Source of the DNA: Ostrea edulis
Taxonomy: Eukaryota
Length of the DNA stretch: 64,000 nt
Direction of reading: 5' to 3'
NCBI RefSeq assembly: GCF_947568905.1
Contig: NC_079167.1
Span: 19,220,001 to 19,284,000 of the forward strand
Made by a program: the position numbers and the translations under genes. Below are positions 50,426 through 64,000 of this stretch, in pieces; the stretch's first letter is position 1; each line of letters opens with the position of its first letter. The notes beneath the pieces were generated by a model, which searched no databases, was not told where the DNA came from, and worked only from the letters and a program-made list of their open reading frames with translations.

Positions 50426-51928
50426 CCAGTAAAATAAATTATAGACTACCAGTGTATGCACTGGTACAGGTATACAGAGCGCAGATTTAAAAAAAATAAT
50501 TTCAAACTCAATGATGCAAAGGCAACATTGTTATATATAATATGTTTTATGCGAACATGTAGGTGTAGTTTAGAAAAGTTTAGCCTTAATGTCTTGCAAT
50601 ACCCATATTTTCAAATTGCATCCATTTCAGCTTTAAACAAACAAAAAATCCATTCAAAATTTTTAATAAGACATGTGTTAACACTGACACCATTTTTTCT
50701 CGAAAAGGCTCATCTAATCAAACTTAAATGACTTTTCATTTTCGTAAAGGAGGTCACGAGAGTGAATGATATTTTACGTCATATTTCTTATTCCGTAATA
50801 ATTAACAGGCTTTATCTATTTTGCAAGCACAGCAAACATGTCGCCTACGAGATCGAAAAAACATCCCTATTACTTTAAAATCAGCCTATCAATTGATGTG
50901 ATCGAATATTAAATCCGAAACGTGTACATCTAGCAGCATTCAAGACAGAATCGACACGATGCCATCAAGTTCATCAGATTTTGCATTATTGCAATTTTAT
51001 CTTCTCCGCTCTTTTCTGCCTTTTAAAACACGAGACGTACTCTCTGACAGTTTTGCAATTTATCAGATGATGCTAAGTATAAGAGTTCAAAACAAAACCA
51101 GTTTAGTGTATAATGTAATGATCATAAAAATCAAGTGGTTTGGACGAATGCGTTGGGAGAAGGGGGTGAGGAAAAATTAACTCTATCGACATGTGATCTG
51201 TAACTGAATAGCTGACTAAATATAAGGCCATACCAGAACATTTCATATTATTAACAAAAATAAAGCATGAGCTCAAATACCAAAACAAACAACCAACAAA
51301 AATGCGGGGGAACTTTAGTAAATACATGTAGTGGATTTTATGCGATGTAAATCAATAATAAGCACAGTATACTGAGTACATCAATGAAATGTATTCGATA
51401 GTTGGTAGGGGATTCAACTTTGTCGTGTTATTTATAATTGTACATGTAACAACAATGTCGAGATTCAGATTAAAATCCTAATACAAGAAAATGTAGTTAT
51501 AAATAATGGAAGACAATTCATGACAGATTTGCGTTTTAGTAATAATAAAGCCCGTATAAACTATTTCACAGGTTTATATTGAATATTACTTTCCTTAAGG
51601 AGGTTACCTCCTCAGTATCTGAGCACGCTATAACTATATAGGTGTTCAAGAATAATGTATTGGCCCAGATATATTATATATTTGTTACTTAACCCAATTG
51701 AATTTTTGTTTTGTTATTTAGAATATAGAAAGTGTTTGGAAAGGACTACATTTTGTGGCGGAGGAAATTTTTGATTTGCGTATCCACTTCATTTTGTTAA
51801 TATTCATGTACATGTATGTAACAGGCGGTCATCTAGTCATTTGCAGCATATGATCTTAATTTTTACTTGGTTTTAATGACCCCTTGTAGTGTATATACTT
51901 TTTGTCATTTACTAAATGACATTTTCTA

Positions 51929-54798
51929 GGCATTCTATAAAACCTGGCCTGGCCCATTGGCCTGGCCTGGCCTCAAAATTGGCCTGGCCCTAATTTTGAC
52001 TTCTAATTATGCTCCATCCCATATTTTGGCCTGGCCTCAAAAGTTGGCCTGGCCTCAAATTTGGCCTCTAAAGATTTTGTTGACCTCAACGAAAAAATTT
52101 TTTTTTAATTCAAAATTTTGATTGATTTTTAATTAATTTATTATTGGTTTTAGTTTTTCAAAGTCATAGCAGATAGGTGATATGTTTCTGCTGTTTTGTA
52201 AATGTGCACTTTAAAATAATCATGAACTACCATCAATCTGATTGATTTTATTGAAAATCTATTGATCAGTTAATCAATCATTTTCTTTTCCCTTGATTTA
52301 TATCTGTACGTACTAGTACATACTAAAACAGATTGCACAACTAATGAAACAATAGGCATAATGATCCCCCCCCCCCCCCCCCCGAATTATGATTGATTTC
52401 ATTGATTTATTATTGGTTTTATTTTTTCAAAGTTGTAGAAATAAAATGATTATGTACATTAGAATAAACATGAACCACTACCAATCTGATTGATGTTATT
52501 GATTATCTATGGATTAGTTTATTGACAAAATTATTTGCTTTTCCCTTCCTAACTTATGTACTAGTACACCAAAAAGTATACTGATGGAATGATTGATTTT
52601 ATTGATTATCTATTGATTAGTTTAGTATGTACTAGTACACCAAAAAGTATACTGATGAAATGATTGATTTAATGATATTTTTTGTATTCAATAGAATTCA
52701 ATTTGATATCAATTTACAAATTATAAAAGTGTTACAATTGTGTTATCATTATGATGAATTCGATTTTAAGATCAGCGCACATTCAGAACAGAGCATGTGG
52801 TCTTAATATTTTCAATGTGCAGATACCACACATTTAGTGTTACTTGTTTAATTTTCAAAGCATGATAAATGACATTTTCAAAAAATCAAAATAAACACAC
52901 TGAAATGTTTGCTACCATAATGATAATAGCCAATAAACTAAGGATTTTAGATTTGTATTTTAGTGTTCATTTATCTATACTCTGAATGAACAATGGAGAT
53001 TAAAACGGATATGATGTATTATAAATATTTCTTTCTTGATTTCATAATTAATTTTCAATACTCATTGTAAAAGTGACAAGTTCCCATGCTATGAAGGCCT
53101 GCCCTGTCAGAATAAAGGAAATATCTATCACCATATTAAAGGATGGTGATGAAAACTTTTGCTGAAGTTGGAAATTCCATTATACAGAAACAATGGAGCA
53201 GTCCAACATTTGCAAATAGGGTGTGTTCGATACAACAGAATGATTGTGCCTAAACTAAATAAGGTATATACAAAACTGTCTGTCTGAATTTTCAAAATTG
53301 TGATTTTTTTCCTGGTTTTGTGATAAAGCAACAGTAAAACAGAACTAATTACAATTATTACATTGAATCTGTCCACCTTCTACTTATTTTATATCAAAGC
53401 CTGCATTAATTAGTTAACCAAAAAAAAATCACTGTACCTTTATCTAACCACTGCAGCAGTATATCTAAGCAAATATCGGATACATGTAATACTCACACTA
53501 TTGTCTTATAATGGAGAAAAAAGATTTATGCATCTACAAATTCACAAAGTGCAGCTTTAATTTTGTGCTTTACTTCTTAACGTTTTTAGACTATCGTCAA
53601 AATCATCTTTCATTCTGATAATTATTGAAAATAAACGTTCTGTGCAGAGCTGTGTGACATTTCAAACCGTATATCATAGATTAACCTCAACCTTGACTTC
53701 CTGTCACGACCCGTGCTGTAGAATAATATGTTGTAAATAATCTGATATTCCATTACAGTACTAGTGTTACATGTTTATTTCAAATAGTTTAACCAGATAT
53801 GAATATCCTGAATTCATCAAAGTTGTAGTTTCAATCTGTATGATTCATGGTAGTATTTTTATACCTAAATATTAAACTCATTGTTCTTATCAATGGGAGT
53901 AAAGGCAGTACGCTACATTGCAGTGTGTGAAGTGTGATGATAAATCATTAAACTAATGTGAATTTATTTTTTTTAAATTCATTATCAATAAGTGAAGTGG
54001 ATAATTAGTCAAATGAGAGTTTTCAATGTGAATATTTACAAAACAACACAAAGATATCAATTTTGAAAATTCAAAACCAATAATAAAACAATGAAATCAA
54101 TCATAATTCAGAAAAAAATCAATAAGCCAATAATTTCATTAGTTCGGTATACTTTTTTTGCTGTGTAATAGTGCATAAGTTAGGAAGGGGAAAATTGTTT
54201 AATCAATAAATTGATCAACATATATTCAATAAAATCAATCAGATTGGTGGTAGTTCATGATTATTTTAATGTGCACATTCACAAAACAACAGAAACATAT
54301 CATTCATGTTCAACAATTTTGAAAATACAAAAAAAAAATCAATGAAATCAATCATTATTCTGAAGAAAAAAATCAAAATGCCAATCGTTTCATTAGTTGT
54401 GTATACGTTTTTGGAGTGTACTAGTACATACAGATATGAAGGGAAAAGAAAATGATTTGATCAATAAACTGATCAATAGATATTCAATAAAATCAATCAG
54501 ATTGGTGGTAGTTCATGATTATTTTAAAGTGCACATTTACAAAACAACAGAAACATATCATTTATCTGCTACATGACTGAAAAACTTAAACCAATAATAA
54601 ATCAATGAATTCGATCAAAATTTTGAAAAAAAAAATTTGGGTTGAAGCCAAAAAGTTTTTTAGAGGCCGAATTTGAGGCCAGGCAAACTTTTGAGGCCAG
54701 GCCAAAATTTGGGATGGAGCATAATTAGAGGCCAAAATTGGGGCCAGGCCAATTTTAATGCCAGGCCAATGGGGCCAGGCCAGGTTTTAAAGTATGCC
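51929..54798. mobile_element. Foldback-type Mutator-like non-autonomous transposon, 2870 bp
   Basis: Termini GGCAT...ATGCC, perfect 9-bp TSD CATTTTCTA (51920-51928, 54799-54807). Inverted arms have (GGCCT)n outer repeats and larger modules, extending ~400 bp clearly and ~700 bp loosely. No transposase ORF. Confidence 0.9.
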
Positions 54799-55201
54799 CA
54801 TTTTCTATTCTTAAACTTTTTCTGATTTGCCTGCTTTGAGCAAAAAACGAGTGCAGTCCACTTGGCTAGTGATTTTGAGCTAAGGATCATAAATGTATTT
54901 ATAATACAAATAGCATATACTTGAAACTAAATCACGTGTTGTAAATTAATGGATTTCGTTGATATGTTTTCCCAAACAAAACACCGATTCTTAATAACGT
55001 CTATATCAATGAAACCCAAATTTTGTATTAAAATTCAGTCTCTCGGTCAATAATTCAAAACTGTGATTTATAGCCTTCACTTGCTTATGTTTCGTCTTAA
55101 ATTGAAACAAGACATTGCCTGTTATGTGTGACTTTTCATTTAAACTCTGAATTTTTATAATGAGTGTTTGCATGTTTGTAAAAATCTCTTTTCTTCTACA
55201 G

Positions 55202-55528
55202 GCAGATTTGGTCGTATTGTTGCACAACTGGTTCCCATGGAGCCATTGTTTGCGTAACCTTATGACCCGGACGTACAGCCTCTCCACATATGACAGCGTC
55301 ATCTACCGGCGAACCACTATGTTGCAGAGGCAGACCTCGCTAAATAACAACTCCTCTTCTTCCGGTAAATCGCTTAAAGCGACAGCTGGAAATGGAAGTT
55401 CACGTCCAATGAGAAAACTTCACCGAGTTGGAACAGAACTTCGAACAAATAACTCCAACATTCCTGTTCGAAAGTTTAGTTCCATTCAATTAAAAAGCAA
55501 ACGACTCTCTTCCGATGAAAATTCCTGA
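55202..55528 (+). CDS. GPCR gene 2, exon 3 (helix 8 and C-tail, 108 aa + stop)
   Basis: Pyrimidine tract plus TACAG acceptor (ends 55201), phase 0. ADLVVLLHNWFPWSHCLRN... with a Ser/Thr/Arg-rich tail and TGA. Spliced CDS is 448 aa. Confidence 0.9.
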   Translation, partial: ADLVVLLHNWFPWSHCLRNLMTRTYSLSTYDSVIYRRTTMLQRQTSLNNNSSSSGKSLKATAGNGSSRPMRKLHRVGTELRTNNSNIPVRKFSSIQLKSKRLSSDENS

Positions 55529-55846
55529 CATTTTTAAAGGATGGATACAAAATTCTTTCCACTTTTGTTTGTATTCTTTTAGTTTGTTTATTCATTTGTA
55601 TTTTTACTTTTCTTGTGATATTTGGAACTGTGTAGAATTTGTTGTTAACCGGTTAGAAAAAAGTGACCAATTTCCTTGAGTAATTTTGCATTTGCAAATA
55701 TGTCAAAGTTATTCGGTTGAAATAATTGTATCAACCTTTTCCGGGTTTTTTTGTTTTAATTTATTTATCATTGTGAAGCAATGACGTCAATTTTCTCATT
55801 AACATTCTAGCAACCGTCTTTCCTATACATTTTACCGTCCTACATC

Positions 55847-55866
55847 AATAAAAAGTTATTAATAAA
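55847..55866 (+). promoter_or_regulatory. Candidate polyadenylation signals of gene 2
   Basis: Two AATAAA (55847, 55861) followed by a GT/T-rich stretch, ~320 bp after the stop. Confidence 0.55.
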
Positions 55867-56456
55867 ACAATTTATTGTGGTCTTTAAATCTCTCCTCATT
55901 GGTTGTTTATAGGCAGAAACCAGGGTGCGGATTGCAGTATTCCTCCGCACACACACAGGACCGCTGTGCAGCTTTACCAAACAGAAAAACAATCAGAGCA
56001 TGAAATGGAAAGAATTAATTTAGATTTCGTCCTGTCTTTGCAACATAGTGCGATCTACTGACTTTTTTCGCATCACAATGATTGCTAACATGGTTGCCAG
56101 AAATAACAGAAATATATGTATTCTTTCAAGATACCAATATCTATTATTGTTAGAAAGACACATGTATCTACAATGGTAAAAATTATTGCAGGTGTCTGAC
56201 TGAGTGTAATACATACAACTAACAAAACACACCCACCTTTCATGATTGCTTCACCGTCTGCTGACCATCTTTATTGATTGTCTCGCCTCTGTTGTTGAAA
56301 ATTGTTCTAGCAGATTTTAACAAAGCAGATTGTAAACAGTTCAACTGTTCTTGGAAAGCACACCTAAAATCGTCCACACTTTGGACCTGGACGTTGTTCA
56401 ATATATTCTCTTTTGCAAAATATATATATATATAAACTGCTTCAGTCTCTTTATCA

Positions 56457-56461
<5 letters not shown>

Positions 56462-56508
<47 letters not shown>
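56462..56508. repeat. (AT)n microsatellite
   Basis: Direct reading. Confidence 0.95.
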
Positions 56509-56510
<2 letters not shown>

Positions 56511-56599
56511 AACCAACAATAAATCATTAACATACAACATATATCAAACTCAGTCTACGTGCACGGGCGGACAATTTTCAAAGTGAAGGGGTGTTGCTA

Positions 56600-57050
56600 C
56601 CTAAGGAACTCGGCAGGCCTCCCAGTAGAGACTGGCCAATGGTTTAGCATACCAGATAACGAAAGAGAATGCATTACATGTAATGAAACAGAAATTGCAG
56701 ATGAATACCATTTTGTGTTAGAGTGCAGTGCTTTATCCAGTATAAGAACAGAATACCTACACAGAAAATGTAGGAGGGGGCCAAATATAATGAAATTTTA
56801 TTAAATTATGTCAACAAGTAATGTTAAAAACTTTGAAAACTGTGTGTTTTTATTTTAAAAATACATGAGGTATGTTCTCCTCAACACAGAACTTCATATT
56901 GTTGTGCATATTTATGTATATATTTTTGTGTATATTTATGTATATATTTCACTACGTTTATACATTCTTCTGACGTTCCTTGTATTAATGCATGAAATTT
57001 CTGTATTGTATTTCACGTACCACTTTCATTGTGGTTTGAGCGAATAAAGG
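56600..57050 (+). mobile_element. Non-LTR retrotransposon 3' fragment (ORF2 C-terminal CCHC knuckle, RTEX-like)
   Basis: LPVETGQW..IPDNERECITCNETEIADEYHFVLEC...R is a typical post-RT zinc knuckle, followed by an AT-rich UTR ending GAATAAAG. Clade assignment tentative. Confidence 0.75.
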
Positions 57051-58301
57051 TTCTTTATCGTGCCAACACTAACCATGACACGGGACAGATGAGAGAGATA
57101 TATTTCTATTTTGTACTTTCAGAACAAAGTCATCTATTGCAGATTGAGAGATTTAAGATAAGTTATTCTGATCATATTCATCAAGTCATCCAAGATTAAC
57201 AATCCTGTAACAATCACCAGCGCCATTATCCCTGAATAATACATAATACAACCCTAAATTGACCAGTTTACCTTAATATTCAAAATTCAGTTATCAGTAT
57301 AAGTAAAATTAAATGCAAACACAAGATTAAAGCATTCCAACTCTCAGTCAAGCCGAGTCTGGCTAAAGATGGCCACGTGTTTGTTGCTTAATTATACATT
57401 GTTAATTTAAAATCATTCCAAGACAAAGCTTTACACAATGGTCATGAACTCCCATAAAATAGTAAATCAAATGCGTAAAGCAATTATTCTGCTCAAAGCA
57501 AATACGTGGATCATCAGTTTTCATTCAGCTTTAAAGTTCTGGCAATTCATGAAGGGAACTCGTTCACTGCTATTACAAAAGAGCGTGTCTTGTCAATGCC
57601 AAGTGCTGTGTGCTTAAATCAAGTAACAGTTTTATTACATCTTATTGGGAAATAGAGTTTGGCAAATCAACTCGGCTGAGCAAAGGTACACTGATGAATT
57701 GCATGCGCGGAATCCCGAGATTTAGGGACAGGCATGCACGTTCGGTGATTGGATATGACTTGAATGAATTAATTGCAACCACAGCAGCCATCTTCTTACA
57801 CAGAACGGATAGGATGTCCGGCCTCACTAGATCTAATCTGGACACATTTGTTCCATTCTGTTAAATGCAGTTAGTACACACTAAGATAACATTGTGATTC
57901 CTTTTCTGTAGTGTTTGATTATGTTAGGTTTTACACCGACAATGAAACATGCGTAAATTTTATACATGATTTAATATTTCACTTGCAGGAAAATACATAA
58001 TAGCTAAAAGCTTCTCTTTTGGAGTGGATATTCCTAATGGATTATTCCTTTATAATCACTTTTTTTTCGCAAGCGTCAAATTACAAATTAGTCTAATAAA
58101 CTGATCAGGTTTCTAATCATTCCCACTGCACGTGATTGGGTGTGAAAATGTGGATACTTTGAAACCGTAACGCAAATTTGCTGACATTAAGAGAGCTTGC
58201 AATGTAGAACGAAATACCTTTATCAAATATTTAATATTTCATATCGAGATACCAAGGTAAAGATAACGTACATTATCAATTTTATAAATATCATAATAAA
58301 T

Positions 58302-58376
58302 CGAGAACAGGGCCAACACGGACCCCGGAAACACGTACCAGAGGTGGGATTAGGTAGTCAGTAAGGGTAAGCATTC
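58302..58376 (-). mobile_element. Naiad-type PLE short degenerate fragment H
   Basis: AACACGGACCCC...ACCAGAGGTGGGATTAGG...GTAAGCAT matches the family UTR. Confidence 0.6.
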
Positions 58377-59158
58377 TATGTCTTAGACAAACTAACAGGT
58401 ATAGTCCCCCGCCTAAAAAGTTGATTTTCAAGGTTACGTGTAAGAGGTCAAAGCCACTAGAATAGGAATTCCTTGTGATTATCGTTTTACAATTTAGAGT
58501 TGTAGGGAGGATTTATCCACTCGCTCGTTCATGTGTCTACTGTTTCGGCTTGGTACCATTCCTAATGGTTTCTAAAGTTACATGACACGTTAGATTTACT
58601 ATAAGGGAATTTCTGAAATTTCGTTCCACAAAATCTTAGCCATACATCCGATTTTTGTCAATACATCAGAAAATGGTACATTGAATGAAGGTCTGAGCTT
58701 TCAAGGTCAACTGTAAATAGTCAAGGTTACTGGAGAGGACTTACAATGTATATAGGCAGTGCCTGTTATACGGTCCTGTTATGATTTATCATAATAAAAT
58801 ACTGTTATAAATAAAGTTTTTGGAAACGGAAGTGCAAACTTCGTTGTATGCATTATCTAAGTTAAATTTTATATCACATGTTTATTACACTTTCAGGAAT
58901 AGTATATCTGGGTGCCGTTTGATTTTAACGTGAGATTTAACAAGTCTAGGTCAGTGCGGGGGAGATTTCAAAATGTGCAAGATTTAAGGTCCCAAGAGAT
59001 GGGAACCACAGCTAGCATGATGAATATTTGGGTGCCTGTCAAGATTAGTGTCACTTGAAACGAAAGTCTTGAATTCATTCTGCGCTTGTTTTTAAGGTGC
59101 ATTTGGCATTTCAGAAACACTTTCAGAATAAGTATTCTGATTCTGTTGTTATCGGTTT

Positions 59159-59467
59159 TAGATTGATTGATTTTATTTTGTTTAACTTCCCTCTGGAGAA
59201 TTTTTCACTCATATGGAGACGTCACTATTGTCAATGAAGGGCTGCAAAATTTAGGGGCCTACATTTTTGTATGCTCGGCGCTTACGGCCTTTGAGCAGGG
59301 ATGGATCTTTATCGTGCCACACCTGCTGTGTGCCTGTGAGCCCGGCACAGTGTGACACAGGGTCTCGGTTTTTGCGGTCTCATCCGAAGAACCGCCCCAT
59401 TTAGTCGCCTTTTTACGACAAGTAAGAGGTATACTGAGGACCTATTCTAGCCCGGATTCCCACGGGG
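59159..59467 (-). mobile_element. SINE-like element, copy 4
   Basis: Reverse complement of copy 1 with small internal insertions; same 5' boundary. Confidence 0.85.
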
Positions 59468-60635
59468 TTATTGGTTTTAGAGGTTAAATACAATGAATTT
59501 GTATATTTATCGGTTTTAAAGGTTAAATATGCAAAGTCATTGTAAGAAAATTCCGAGACTCCTCGTGCACTGTATCTGGAATGTACTTCATATCTGACAC
59601 TTACAGGGATTGTATTTTTAGGATTCTAATTTTACACATAGATCTGGATCTCTAATGGTTTCTACGTTTAAAGTTAAATGAGGTCAAGGTCTCCACCAGT
59701 GACACTTAGGCATTTTTTGTTTACAAGATTTGGAGTGTATCGTGGCAATTTTAATTACAGGTGCAGGGATATTATATTCAGATCTGGATTTTTAATGATA
59801 TTAGGTCAAAAGGATACTTTATTGGAAAAATACCATGTTAATTGCGAAGAAAAGTTAATTGTGACTGAAAATAACGATAAACATGTGTTGATCTGATGTT
59901 TATCGAAATGAGAAACACCTCGTGTGTTTCATATTTTGCTACATGGAGTTCTTTTAATTCATTGTTGAGAAAGAGTTTGTCTACCGGTAATACTTTCAAT
60001 GTCTTGCAAGGCACTTATATCTTGTTGTCTTTCAGCTTGGCGATTTTCTTGATCGTCTGCCCAAGAAGTATCAAAGGATGCATGTAAACAAATCATTCTA
60101 ATGTCGACTTGTAAATCAAGGACAAGATTAACGCTATATTACATCAAATGAAATGAACATATCCTCTCTTTGGAATTTGAAACCACTGCTTCATATACAA
60201 TTAAAATCACAGATGCATATAATACACGCCTCCATTTCTCAAAGTTTTCATCTCTTTCGCATTTGGCAAACTTCCTTGATGGTAATTTGGTTTATATACA
60301 ATTCTGAATATCATACTGTATTATAGCATTCCTCGGGGATTACGGGAGTTGCACACACCCCATCCCTTCATTGAATTTTTTTTATAACAAAAACTTCATT
60401 TTTCTGTCACTTTGGGGCCAGCAACCCCATCGCCTTTGGGACGGAAAGGACACCATCTTGAGTCGCAACCCCTTGATTTTTTTTTTGATCCACCACAGCA
60501 AACATGTCCTCGGTTTCAGCTAGGGGTTCTCTTTGCTACCCATTGTCATACCATCATGGTTATTGTGACTTCATAATCAAGACATACTTGTCTGATTTCA
60601 TCCAAATTCAAACTCTGTCAGAGCTGGTACTGACT

Positions 60636-60875
60636 AAAACCCGGTCTCGGTCCCGGTCTTCGGTCTCGGTCCCGTGACTAAAATCCGGTCTTCGGTCTCG
60701 GTCCCAGATTTTCTTATTCGATAAAAACAGAATACATCAGAATATTTTAGCCCTAATTTCTCGTTAACATAGATATAACATATCATGCCTGCATTCTGAT
60801 AGTTGATTGATAATATTATTGTCGTCTTTTGTAAAATAATATGTGAAAACTCCGGGACCGGTGGGACCGAGAAAT
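60636..60875. repeat. GGTCTCGGTCCC short repeats with a downstream inverted copy (transposon-end-like)
   Basis: Three CGGTCTCGGTCCC units at 60640-60705 and GGGACCGGTGGGACCGAGA near 60854-60872. Confidence 0.55.
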
Positions 60876-63104
60876 AAAAACAATGCTAAAAGCAAAGCAT
60901 AAGGAATTTTTAATGCGCTACAGCTGTGAACGATGCGTGTATGAATCTTGATAAATATAGTACGTCTAATCTAATGGCTGGGAATTCCGGCAGAAATGAA
61001 AGTAAAATGTAAATATAAAAAATAAATTTCATTTTTGAAAATACACGAAGGCATCAATTGTGACGCTTCACGAATCACGATGGTGTAACGTTAAATAGTA
61101 ACCCCAGGGATCATATCCTAACGTAGAAAGTTGACCACGATCAAATTTTAACATTATATTTTGATCAAAAACGGTCGTTGAAAAGTGATCAACGTTAAAT
61201 TTTGATCAGTAGTGGGTTCATTTTTAACGGCTACTTAAATGTTACATTATTATGTAAATGTTTGAAATAAGATTATGAGAGAGAGAGAGAGGGGGGGGGG
61301 GATTGCAGCTGTAGCATATTGAAACCAAGATAATTTTTCTTCTTTAAATCTATTTATCAAATTGATAACTTGAAATCCATGACGAGATGCTTCTACATTT
61401 TACACACTACCACCCCGGGAAGTACTTGTGACAAAACGTAGATTAATATTTGTTTAATAATGAATAAAAATGAAACGTATTCATAATAGTAATCAAGATT
61501 TATATTCAAATATATCTTAAAATCTTTTATTTAGTATTTTTATATATGTTATTGATAAGGAAGTATTCTACCGAAACAATAAGAGTTCTCATTTCCCAAT
61601 TCGCAATTTCTAACAAGACCACAAATAGATCTGCCGCTCCCGTGGCCGATAATAATGACTGCTTTATCAAATACTCGGTAATTTTACGACAGTTTTCACA
61701 ATATTTCTTTTAATTCCTTCAAAAAATAAAAACCATGTGCATTATATTCATAGTACATTACACATGTAAAAGTACCGTCTTCCAAGGAAGACGGTGTCAT
61801 ATAGTTGAAGTATTTTACAGTCTTCGGACAGTGCACTTTTTCTCCTTTGTGATTGGTAGAAAATGTATGTGAAAATTCTAATTTATTTCATTGGTTGAAA
61901 TTCTGTTCAACGAAAGGGAGATAATTTCCTGATGATCTAATTTACGTACGACTTAACAAGTTTACAAGATTTTCAGGTGGCAGAGGACAGTCCTTTTGGT
62001 TGTGAAACATGTGGGTAGGGGGTATACATCAAAGTCAGATTATGACAGACTAATGAAAAATCATATTTCCCTTTTATGTCAATACTTGTATTTCATATTG
62101 GTGTAGTTAATACATTATGACCCTAAATTACATGTAATCTATAAATACTGGTGCTGGTGCACAAAACATGCTCTGAGCAGGTGCCCCTTTCTTGCTTTGA
62201 TTTTCTCTCATTTGGGCTAATCCGCACCGCACCCGCACTCCCCCCCCCCCCCCCCACCCCACACACACACCATCACAGTACCAAGCGTGGGGATTTAGAC
62301 ACTGTGCACAATCAAAAACCCTGTCTGCCCTTCTTAAAAATCTACCTTTCATATGGGGCCTCTCATATACAAACCTTTTGCTGGACCCTGCATGTTTTCA
62401 CCGGAATTTCTTCAGCAACTGACCACTTGTCTTAGTTTCGTAGTTGCACCCATCTATATACTAGGAATCATGCATTCTCTACACCTCTGTCAACGGCTTT
62501 TTACAGAAATCTTGTAAAATTTCTATTATCCAACATTTATGTTTGGGACTAAATATTTAGTCATATTATGATATGTTTTTTGGTACAATTAAATTTATAC
62601 TTACTGTAAATTGTTTAAAATCGCCGTTTTCTGATCATAAATTTGGAACTACTTCGTAATATGCGTATGAATGTAGGACATACACGTGGTGGAGATTTAA
62701 ATGTAAACATGGAATCAAAAGTCAGAAAGGCTGTAAAAATACGATATAACTTGTAAAATAAGAGACAAACAGCTAAATGGTAAATATGTACTTATTAAAG
62801 CGTCAGTGGGCTATGAAAAGAGCCTGATGTATCACCTGTTGCCTGAACTTTTAAAAAGGGAAAAGAAACCGAGAATGGTTGTTTATATTATGTGATTATA
62901 TTGTCACGTGATTCCAAGCGATGTGAAGCTTGCGTAACGCGTCCTCAGGTGAGAAAATGATTAGTCACATTTCTATTGGAATAAAAAGATTTAATTTGTG
63001 TTTTAATAAGACTGCGTATTTGCCAAATAAGTAATTACAATTGATCGTTTTCGTGTCAAGCGACACGTGTGGATCACTGTATTCAAGAAACACTTTGTAT
63101 ATTT

Positions 63105-63215
63105 GGGGTCATTTTTCAATGTTGAAATATGACCCCACCACTTCGACGAGATGTGTACTGTACAGAAAACATTTTGTACATTGAGAGCCATTTTTCAATG
63201 TTGAAATTTGACCCC
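63105..63215. repeat. Two copies of a 32-bp imperfect palindrome
   Basis: GGGGTCATTTTTCAATGTTGAAATATGACCCC (63105-63136) and a degenerate copy near 63184-63215. Confidence 0.65.
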
Positions 63216-64000
63216 ATCAGAAATGATCTCTAAAGGTCATTTTTTTTAGCAAGGGTCAAAAAAAAAGTTTAATCAAATCCTTGTAACACATCAGAGCAGG
63301 CAAAGGATGTGGATTTTCGTAAAATGGACAAACGTGGCGATGATTTTTAAAGATGAGGTAAAACGACTTATTCAAATTTGACCAAACGGGTAATTTCCTA
63401 AGCTTTGTGTGTTTACTTCCATCAGTAGTCAAACAATTTTTATAGAATTTTAAGAAAGGCTGTACATGTATTACCAATTAGACTAAACGACTCAGGTACA
63501 GAGAATTCCCTGTTGAATGATGATACATGTAGATAAAATCTAGAGGGGTTGCATACTATTCTTAATAAAAGAGAAGAAGTCCATTTTTAGATTTTTGTTC
63601 TTGCAGTCGGACTGGTGAAAATTGAGCGGTCTCCCTTTCATGCAGTGTGACACAAGAGTGGTTGCTGAGATGTTTAACAGTCAAGTATAGTGGTCTCTCG
63701 GGCTGTTGAAATATTATAGCAGTAGTTTCTGAGTTTGTTTGATATCGCAGTAGTAGTTTCTGACTTCAATATTTTCCTTTGATGAGCAGCCGATAGACAA
63801 ATCCATGGACAAAGACAGAATACATTTTTAATTCAAATGTATTAGAATGAGAAGTTAGCACGTCATTTCATTTTGCTTGCAAATATAGGAGTAGTCCAAG
63901 ACTGAATAGAGAGGTGGCAAAACATCATTACCTATAGATTTTGATGGAGAAATATAGATCTGCATATACTTTTTGAAAACAAAATGTAGGTACAATGAAT

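Noticed and set aside
56240-56533. Minus-strand ORF next to the LINE fragment as an inverted 5' part of that LINE
   Set aside because: It is partly (AT)n-derived and has no diagnostic EN or RT motif; cannot be supported by eye.

Overview
AT-rich, intron-rich animal genomic DNA, most likely a bivalve and probably an oyster (inferred from the repeat families, not from a marker gene). The + strand carries two head-to-tail paralogous class A neuropeptide-type GPCR genes with matching exon architecture where both can be seen. Gene 2 is complete: exons 34424-35233, 49186-49395 and 55202-55528, 448 aa. Gene 1 shows only exon 2 (16740-16949) and exon 3 (32449-32751); its first exon is not in the window. 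Introns are packed with repeats: four copies of one SINE-like family, a tRNA-headed SINE, eight 3' fragments of a Naiad-type Penelope-like retroelement, Helentron-associated (HINE-like) fragments, two Mutator-type non-autonomous elements with perfect 9-bp TSDs (one a 2.9-kb foldback), two tiny palindromic insertions, a THAP-finger exon behind a Kolobok-like end, a LINE 3' fragment and many minisatellites, one with higher-order structure. Most long ORFs in the track are repeat artefacts. No prokaryotic-type system, rRNA or CRISPR array is supported.
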